This document shows, one piece after another, positions 57,693-64,000 of a stretch of 64,000 bases of DNA. The position numbers and the translations under genes were made by a program. How positions within the stretch are numbered: position 1 is the stretch's first letter; every line of letters begins with the position of its first letter. Below the pieces are notes generated by a model that was given only the letters and a program-made list of their open reading frames with translations, was not told where the DNA came from and made no database searches. Source of the stretch: Parcubacteria group bacterium (GTDB lineage: Bacteria > Patescibacteriota > Minisyncoccia > Moranbacterales > UBA2206). The stretch lies in contig JBAYLE010000002.1 in assembly GCA_041664225.1 (NCBI GenBank), positions 3,541 through 67,540 of the forward strand, read 5' to 3'.

Positions 57693-59177
57693 TTATAGCT
57701 TATTTAGGGCCATTTTCACTCTTTCAAGACTTTCGTATTTCCCTAAGACCCACGCCACTTCAAAGGGTGGGGGTGATTTTTGTTCCCCTGTGAGCGCTAC
57801 GCGCAACGGCCACAATAAATCACCGCGCCGATCTCCCGCAACTTCTAAAAGATTTTTTTCTAAGTTTTCTTTGGTCCAATCCGCATCTACCATATTTTCC
57901 AAAACCTGAACAGATTTTTCCAAATTATTTTTCAAATCTTCATCACTCATTTTTTTCCAGCGCAATAATTCTTTGTCGTAATTTACATCCTGGAAAAAGA
58001 ATTTGCTACTGTCCCCTACCCCGAAAAAGTTCGCGAGTCTTTCCTGCTCAATAGCCAAAACTTTTTTTATATATTCCTCCGTTTTTTTGTCATCGCTTGC
58101 GTTTTTAAAAAAATCTTTTTGCTCCAAAAATTCTTTGGCTTTTTCATAAAGTTCATCCACGGACAATTTTTTAATATATTGCGCGTTCAGCCAGTCCAGT
58201 TTTTTGAGATCAAAAATGGCCCCAGCTTTGTGAACATGCGCGAGATCAAATTTTTTAACCAACTCTTCCGTGGAAAAAATTTCCTGAGTGCTCCCTTCTC
58301 CAGGATTCCAACCTAAGAGCGCGACAAAATTTATAATGGCCTCTTTCAAATATCCTTTTTGAATATAATCTTCCACACTGACATCCCCCTGTCTTTTGGA
58401 AAGCTTGGTCTTGTCCGGATTTAAGAGCAGCGGCAAATGAGCAAACTCCGGCACTTCCCAGCCAAAACCTTGATATAGTTGGATGTATTTCGGTGTGCTG
58501 GAAATATATTCCTCACCGCGGAGCACGTGGTTAATTTGCATCAGATGATCATCGACCACGTTAGCAAAATTATACGTCGGATAACCATCCGACTTCATCA
58601 GAATCTGATCATCTAAAAGATCGTTTTTTATTTTTACTTTTCCACGTACCATGTCATCATATTCCGTAAATCCTTCTGTGCTTATTTTTTGGCGGATGAC
58701 AAATTTTTCTCCGGCTTCTATCCTGGTTTTGATTTCATCCGCTGCTAATTTGAGACAACTCCGATTATACATCGGCGCTTGCTTTTTCTCCGCCTGTCCG
58801 GCCCGCATTTTTTCTAGGCACTCTGGCGTGCAAAAACAATAATAAGCCTGGCCCTTTTCAATAAGCTCTTCCGCATATTTTTTGTAAATATCCAGCCGTT
58901 CGGATTGAATATACGGCCCATATTCGCCTTTTTGAGTAACTTTTCCACTTTCGATGTAAACGCCTTCGGAATATTCAAGACCGGCCCAATTCATTATTTG
59001 GACCAATTTTTCCAAGGCGTCCTGCACATATCTTTTTTGATCCGTGTCTTCAACGCGCAAAATAAAGGTTCCTTGATGCTTTTTGGCAAAAAGAAATGTA
59101 TACAACGCCGTCCGAAAATTTCCGACATGCATATAGCCCGTCGGCGATGGCGCAAATCTGACACGAATTTTATTCAT
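57693..59177 (-). CDS. gltX: Glutamate--tRNA ligase
   Basis: RVRFAPSPTGYMHVGN, RVEDTD, HVLRGEE, KLSKR. Confidence 0.97.
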   Translation of the reverse strand: MNKIRVRFAPSPTGYMHVGNFRTALYTFLFAKKHQGTFILRVEDTDQKRYVQDALEKLVQIMNWAGLEYSEGVYIESGKVTQKGEYGPYIQSERLDIYKKYAEELIEKGQAYYCFCTPECLEKMRAGQAEKKQAPMYNRSCLKLAADEIKTRIEAGEKFVIRQKISTEGFTEYDDMVRGKVKIKNDLLDDQILMKSDGYPTYNFANVVDDHLMQINHVLRGEEYISSTPKYIQLYQGFGWEVPEFAHLPLLLNPDKTKLSKRQGDVSVEDYIQKGYLKEAIINFVALLGWNPGEGSTQEIFSTEELVKKFDLAHVHKAGAIFDLKKLDWLNAQYIKKLSVDELYEKAKEFLEQKDFFKNASDDKKTEEYIKKVLAIEQERLANFFGVGDSSKFFFQDVNYDKELLRWKKMSDEDLKNNLEKSVQVLENMVDADWTKENLEKNLLEVAGDRRGDLLWPLRVALTGEQKSPPPFEVAWVLGKYESLERVKMALNKL

Positions 59178-59272
59178 AAATTTATTCTTTGTCCTTGCTG
59201 AAAACAACGGCTAGCGAAGCAATCACAAATATCAATATAACTATACCGATTATAATAACCATATTGGGCATA

Positions 59273-59683
59273 TTATTTCTCGTCTGTTTCCTTTTCTTCC
59301 TTTTCTTTTCTTATCAATTTCCAGTGAACCAAAAGTATCGGCAAGGCAATGATGACCATCGTCAGCGCGTCGATGATTTTGTTCTGCCGGGCTGGATTGA
59401 TGCATTTGTCCCCTGACTGGTTTTCTTTCCAGTTTTCATAGTCCTTGAGCAATGCGTCAATTTGAGTTTTTTGAACTTCTGTTGCGCCCTCCTTTGAAAT
59501 AACAGATGCTACGGGTGGCGGATTATTGCATTCATAGTAGCTCTTTTTTTCCGCTTCTGGGAATATTGCATATTTTAGCCCGGTATTGAGCAGTGTCCCG
59601 GTCCCAATCGCCACAAACAGCAAACTCACTGCCGCGATGAGATAGAGATAGATAGTTTTGATTAACTTCGCTTTGGTTGTCAT
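59273..59683 (-). CDS. DUF5671-like membrane protein
   Basis: IYLYLIAAVSL...IIALP.L.VHW pattern. Confidence 0.6.
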   Translation of the reverse strand: MTTKAKLIKTIYLYLIAAVSLLFVAIGTGTLLNTGLKYAIFPEAEKKSYYECNNPPPVASVISKEGATEVQKTQIDALLKDYENWKENQSGDKCINPARQNKIIDALTMVIIALPILLVHWKLIRKEKEEKETDEK

Positions 59684-59705
59684 AGTTTTTTGTTAATTAT
59701 TTATT

Positions 59706-59735
59706 TCAGCCAGAGGCTGATCCGCCTTTGGCGGA
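59706..59735. repeat. Tandem twin-hairpin palindromic element supplying the stop codon of the tagA-like gene
   Basis: TCAGCC-AGA-GGCTGA + TCCGCC-TTT-GGCGGA; reads SAKGGSASG* on the minus strand. Confidence 0.75.
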
Positions 59736-60437
59736 AAAAATTATTTTTATTGGAAAAATTATTACAGCATTAAAAATTTTCTTTATTCTGTATCTGGGTT
59801 CTTGCAGCAGCCGAAAAAGCCATTCAAGTCCGATTTGGCGCATCCGTCTGGGTGCTCTTTTCACCTTCCCCGTGAGATAATCAAAACTACCGCCCACACC
59901 TATCGCTAGCTTAATTTTAGCACTTTCCTGGCTTTTCAGCGAGTGCAAAAATTTCTCCTGAAAAGGTGCGCCGAAAGAGCAAAGGATGATTGAATAATCT
60001 ATAATCGGCAATTTATAACCGGTGATGTTACTACTCAAATTCGCGCCACTAACTTGCAGTTTTGGATATTTTTTCAAAATTGCTTCGCGCGTTTCTTCCC
60101 AGGTGCTCAATCCCCCACCATTGGCAACGAGAAAAATTTTGATATTATCTTTTTCCGCGATTTTCAAAATATCTTCCGTTAGATCTACTCCGACAATTCT
60201 GGTTTTTAATTTTTGGCCATATCTCCAAAAAGCAAACTTTATTCCCACTCCATCAGCCACATTTAGATCACAGCTATTTAATATTTTTTTAAACTCCTCG
60301 TCTTTTTGCGCTTTTAAAATAAACTCTGGATTGACCGTGGCGATCTGATGGATCTTTTCTTCACGCAAAAACTCGTTCACTTTTTCAAGTACTTCGGTTT
60401 TTGTTAAATTATCAACTCTAATCCCCAAAATATTCAT
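59706..60437 (-). CDS. WecB/TagA/CpsF-family glycosyltransferase (GT26)
   Basis: TVNPE, ADG.GI, GAPFQE, GVGGSFD, RAP...GLEWLFRL.QEP.R. Confidence 0.92.
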   Translation of the reverse strand: MNILGIRVDNLTKTEVLEKVNEFLREEKIHQIATVNPEFILKAQKDEEFKKILNSCDLNVADGVGIKFAFWRYGQKLKTRIVGVDLTEDILKIAEKDNIKIFLVANGGGLSTWEETREAILKKYPKLQVSGANLSSNITGYKLPIIDYSIILCSFGAPFQEKFLHSLKSQESAKIKLAIGVGGSFDYLTGKVKRAPRRMRQIGLEWLFRLLQEPRYRIKKIFNAVIIFPIKIIFSAKGGSASG

Positions 60438-60471
60438 TTACCAAAAACTAAAAACTACAAACCAAAAACTA
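60437..60471 (+). repeat. Heptamer tandem repeat (AAAACTA-type, 5 units) filling the intergenic gap
   Basis: TTTACCA AAAACTA AAAACTA CAAACCA AAAACTA. Confidence 0.8.
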
Positions 60472-61011
60472 TTTGAGCGGACAACTTTGGATAATTGTAT
60501 ATTCCATGCCATCGCCTTCAAATTCACTAGCCATAATATCCACACTCTCCGCTGTGATTGTCAGTGGAAAATTTTTATTAATTATTGGCAATTCAGCCAG
60601 TGCCTGCCATTTATGTTGTCTGATTTTTCCTAGCGTTATATGCGGACGAAAAGATTTCTTGCTGGTGGAAAAAATATCCAGAGCTTTCTCTATTTTTTCC
60701 CGTAAATTTTTCAATTCTTCATTGGCATTGCCCGCAAGCCAAATCATGCGCGGTTCTGCCTCGGACGGCCCCAGGCAGATTTTTTCAAATTCCAGGTCAA
60801 AAATTTCGGTATTTACAACAGCCTCACAGACGTTTGCGCAAATTTCTGGGATAAAGTCATCCACTACATGGCCCAAAAATTCTAGTGTTATGTGCAAATT
60901 TGGCTCTTTTACCCATTTTACAGGCAAATCCTGCCACTCCTCAGTGGCTCGACAAAGGCTTTTTTTGGTTTTTGCGAGCAAATTTATACTGATGAATATT
61001 TTACGCTTCAT
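60469..61011 (-). CDS. thpR: RNA 2',3'-cyclic phosphodiesterase (2H phosphoesterase)
   Basis: Two HxT motifs: NLHITLEFLG and FRPHITLGK. Confidence 0.9.
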   Translation of the reverse strand: MKRKIFISINLLAKTKKSLCRATEEWQDLPVKWVKEPNLHITLEFLGHVVDDFIPEICANVCEAVVNTEIFDLEFEKICLGPSEAEPRMIWLAGNANEELKNLREKIEKALDIFSTSKKSFRPHITLGKIRQHKWQALAELPIINKNFPLTITAESVDIMASEFEGDGMEYTIIQSCPLK

Positions 61012-61094
61012 ACTCTCAGATTAGCCGAAAATGGTCTTTTTAGCAAGATAATATCGACTTTTATTTTTACCTTGAAAAATGCTATCCTTATGCC

Positions 61095-63095
61095 ATGGAA
61101 CCAGCTCAAAAAAATATAACGGATGTTGTGCCAATGACGCGCATACCCTTGACAAAAAATCAGTCTTTTTCTTATTTATGCGATCAAAAGTTGACTGCGG
61201 GAACGTTGGTCAGTATCCCGCTGTTTCGTAGGAACGTATTGGGAATCGTGACCGGCAATCGCCCTGATTTTGAAAGACTCGGAAATATTGAATTAAAGAA
61301 GATAGAAAAAATTATAGAGGAATCATTCTTGACAGAGTGTCAACTAAAACTTGCCTCATTTATTTCGGACTACTATTTATCCCCTCTTGGAATTGTTTTA
61401 AAGTCTTTTCTTCCAAAACGGGTGAAGATTCGTAACCCAAAACCTGAAACCCAAAACCTGAAACACAATGACATCAAACTAACCAAAGGACAACAAAAGG
61501 CAGTCGATGAAATTACTAAAAACCAAAAACTAAAAACTAAAAACTATCTTTTGTTTGGTCCCGCCTCTTCCGGAAAAACAGAAGTCTATATCCACTCGAT
61601 TTTAAAATTAAAAAAAAGGAATCCAGCCGCACAGTTTTTGGTCTTGTTGCCGGAACTGACTCTGACGCCCCAAGCGCTTGAAAGATATGGAGAATATTTC
61701 AAATCGGAAGAAATTGCCGTTTTGCATAGCAAAATTTCCAAGGGCCAATTTTATTCCAATTGGCAGAAAATAAAGTCTGGCAAAGCCAAAATTATCATCG
61801 GTTCCCGCATGGCTGTTTTTGCGCCATTTAAAAATTTAGCCTTGATCGCAGTGGACGAAGAACAGGACATATCTTTCAAACAATGGGAAATGAACCCGCG
61901 CTATGATGTACGCACCACGGCAGAAAAATTAGCCCAGATACATGAGGCCTTAATTGTTTTTGGTTCAGCGACACCCAGAATTGAATCTTTTTATAAAGCC
62001 CAAAAGAAAGAATACCGGCTGCTTGAATTGCCGCCTTTGAGATTAGCTGGCCTGGAATTGTTGGACTCCAATATTGAATTGATAGATATGAAAAAAGAAC
62101 GCTGGATCAAAAATTATTCATCCATCAGCAAAAAATTGCAATCCGAAATCGCTTACGCGCTGAAAAATAAGCTACAAAGCATCTTGCTTATTAATCGCCA
62201 AGGCATGAGCACTTTTTCAATCTGCGCAGAGTGCAAAACAGTTCTGCGCTGCCCAAAATGCGAACGCGCGCTGATTTATGACAATTCAGGAGTATATAAA
62301 TGCGTCCATTGCGCCTACAAAACATCTATTACGCCTGAGTGTTCTAAATGCAAGGGGCTGTCTTTTGCCAACATCGGTTTAGGAACCCAAAAAGTTGAGC
62401 GCGAAATCAAAAACCTATTCCCTAGCGCCAAAGTTGCCAGGGCAGATAGCCAAAGCATGAAAGCTCATGATGCCCAAGATGTTTTATATAAAAATTTTAA
62501 GCAAGGATCGATAGATATTTTGGTCGGAACCCAGATGATTTCAAAGGGCTGGGATTTGCCAAATATGGCCCTGATTGGTATTATTGATGGAGACGCAATG
62601 CTCTCAATGCCTGATTTTTCAACCGAGGAAAGGGCTTATCAAAATATAATTCAGGCCGCCGGACGCGTGAGCAGGCTTGGAGCAAAATTTCCAGGCCGAG
62701 TTTTTCTTCAAACATTTAATCCGGAACAAAAGATTTTTAAAACTATCGCTGATAAAGATTTTTCAGTTTTCTGCGAAAAAGAAATTAAAGAAAGAAAGAG
62801 CCTTGATCTTCCGCCTTTTGGAAAATTAATCAAACTGATTTTTCAGGATTTCGATCCTCAAAAGGCTGGTTTAGAAACAAATCGCGTCTTCGATATCCTA
62901 GAAGAAAAAGCCGACAAAAATGTAAAAGTATTTGAACCGCAAAACGCCTTCCTGTCTAATATTCGTGGGCGTTTCAGAAAGCAAATTATTATTAAAATCA
63001 AAAAAGGGCCGGAGATACCGGAAAAGATAAGAAAAATCTTACTTTCCTTGTCTCGCGGCTGGATAATAGACATCGATCCAATTTCAATTATATAA
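61095..63095 (+). CDS. priA: Primosomal protein N'
   Basis: SGKTEVY, LPEL.LTPQ, VDEEQ, GSATP, four CxxC, GTQMISKG, QAAGR. Confidence 0.95.
   Translation: MEPAQKNITDVVPMTRIPLTKNQSFSYLCDQKLTAGTLVSIPLFRRNVLGIVTGNRPDFERLGNIELKKIEKIIEESFLTECQLKLASFISDYYLSPLGIVLKSFLPKRVKIRNPKPETQNLKHNDIKLTKGQQKAVDEITKNQKLKTKNYLLFGPASSGKTEVYIHSILKLKKRNPAAQFLVLLPELTLTPQALERYGEYFKSEEIAVLHSKISKGQFYSNWQKIKSGKAKIIIGSRMAVFAPFKNLALIAVDEEQDISFKQWEMNPRYDVRTTAEKLAQIHEALIVFGSATPRIESFYKAQKKEYRLLELPPLRLAGLELLDSNIELIDMKKERWIKNYSSISKKLQSEIAYALKNKLQSILLINRQGMSTFSICAECKTVLRCPKCERALIYDNSGVYKCVHCAYKTSITPECSKCKGLSFANIGLGTQKVEREIKNLFPSAKVARADSQSMKAHDAQDVLYKNFKQGSIDILVGTQMISKGWDLPNMALIGIIDGDAMLSMPDFSTEERAYQNIIQAAGRVSRLGAKFPGRVFLQTFNPEQKIFKTIADKDFSVFCEKEIKERKSLDLPPFGKLIKLIFQDFDPQKAGLETNRVFDILEEKADKNVKVFEPQNAFLSNIRGRFRKQIIIKIKKGPEIPEKIRKILLSLSRGWIIDIDPISII
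61433..61467 (+). repeat. Heptamer tandem repeat inside priA
   Basis: TAACCCA AAACCTG AAACCCA AAACCTG AAACACA; encodes NPKPETQNLKH. Confidence 0.75.
61512..61546 (+). repeat. Heptamer tandem repeat (AAAACTA-type) inside priA
   Basis: ATTACTA AAAACCA AAAACTA AAAACTA AAAACTA; encodes ITKNQKLKTKNY. Confidence 0.85.
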
Positions 63096-63097
63096 AA

Positions 63098-63559
63098 ATG
63101 GCCCAATTGCAAATCATTACTTATCCAAATCCCATTCTTCAGAAAAAAACCACGAAGATAAAGGATGCCAAAAGTCCGGAAATAAAGGAACTTATTTTGG
63201 ATATGCTCGAAACCTTGGAACAAAACAGCGGGGTCGGCCTAGCGGCTCCTCAGGTCGGAAAATCATTGAAGCTGTGTGTCATTAAGCTTGCTGGCCGGAC
63301 GCACATACTCATCAACCCGGAAATCAAGTCGAAATCTTGGCGCAAAACCATCGAAGAAGAAGGCTGTCTTTCCTTTCCAGGTCAATTCATTCCCGTAAAA
63401 AGATCATCTACGGTTAAAGTTAAGGCTGAAAACAGAGCTGGAAAAGCAGTAACCCTTTCCGCTGAAGGCTTATTTTCAAGGGCGTTACAACACGAAATAG
63501 ACCATTTAAACGGCATCCTTTTCATAGACAGAAAAGCGAAAAAAGCAAGAAAAAAATAA
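63098..63559 (+). CDS. def: Peptide deformylase
   Basis: GVGLAAPQVG, EGCLS, QHEIDHL. Confidence 0.97.
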   Translation: MAQLQIITYPNPILQKKTTKIKDAKSPEIKELILDMLETLEQNSGVGLAAPQVGKSLKLCVIKLAGRTHILINPEIKSKSWRKTIEEEGCLSFPGQFIPVKRSSTVKVKAENRAGKAVTLSAEGLFSRALQHEIDHLNGILFIDRKAKKARKK

Positions 63560-63615
63560 AGAACTTTTTAGACGCTTTTCAAACAACCCATAATTAGCGA
63601 GTAACACAACTAAAA

Positions 63616-64000
63616 ATGAAAACAAATAAAAGCGCAATCAAACTCAGGACTATTTTTATGGGAACATCTTCTTTCGCTGAAAATATCCTGTCCGCGCTTC
63701 TTACTAGCCAATATAACATCATTTCTGTATATACTCAGCCAGATAAAAAGGTCGGCCGCACCCAAGAATTGCAAAAGAGTGCGGTAAAATTGACTGCGGA
63801 AAAAAACAACATTCCTGTTTATGGTCCTGCAAGAATCGACGAATCGGTTTTTCAGGAATTGAAAAATCAGAAGCCCGATCTGATCGTCGTGGCCGCTTAC
63901 GGCAGAATATTGCCAGAAAATGTCTTGGCTCTTCCCGGGTTTGGGGCACTGAATGTGCATGCCTCCTTGCTGCCCAAATACCGCGGGCCATCCCCTATCC
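63616..64000 (+). CDS. fmt: Methionyl-tRNA formyltransferase, 3'-partial
   Basis: Translated by hand: IFMGT..F, VYTQPDK.VGR, VAAYG.IL, LNVHASLLPKYRGPSPI; follows def. Confidence 0.93.
   Translation, partial: MKTNKSAIKLRTIFMGTSSFAENILSALLTSQYNIISVYTQPDKKVGRTQELQKSAVKLTAEKNNIPVYGPARIDESVFQELKNQKPDLIVVAAYGRILPENVLALPGFGALNVHASLLPKYRGPSPI

Noticed and set aside
1-64000. Alternative genetic code (UGA=Gly) as in Gracilibacteria/Absconditabacteria
   Set aside because: Conserved genes are full length under code 11 and rplI ends in TGA at the expected position

Overview
A 64-kb chromosomal segment of a low-GC bacterium using genetic code 11 (TGA is used as a stop). Gene content (archaeal-type PyrH, many GT-C membrane glycosyltransferases, few Shine-Dalgarno sites) points to a Patescibacteria/CPR organism, possibly Moranbacteria-like; this is an inference. 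About 1-45 kb is a very large cell-surface glycosylation region: about 8 GT-C-type membrane proteins including a tandem paralog triplet, 2 polyprenol-P-sugar synthase-like GT2s, 4 GT4s, 2 flippase types, 2 nucleotide-sugar dehydrogenases, an O-antigen-ligase-like protein, an LCP protein and a GH28. About 45-64 kb is mostly housekeeping (ctpA, rplI, pyrG, rpmA, pyrH, rrf2-iscS-iscU, gltX, tagA-like, thpR, priA, def, fmt). The main non-gene signals are: (1) a ~330-nt ORF-free, heavily base-paired region at 26.7-27.0 kb with its own sigma70 promoter and U-tail (candidate new ncRNA); (2) small inverted-repeat elements, one inserted in-frame in iscS and another supplying a stop codon; (3) 7-bp tandem repeats inside several genes; (4) a symmetric dif-like site at 56140-56167; (5) a recurring -10 box + 6 nt + start codon pattern suggesting leaderless mRNAs. 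No rRNA, tRNA, CRISPR array or transposase was seen. All family calls come from motif recognition by eye; no database searches were run.
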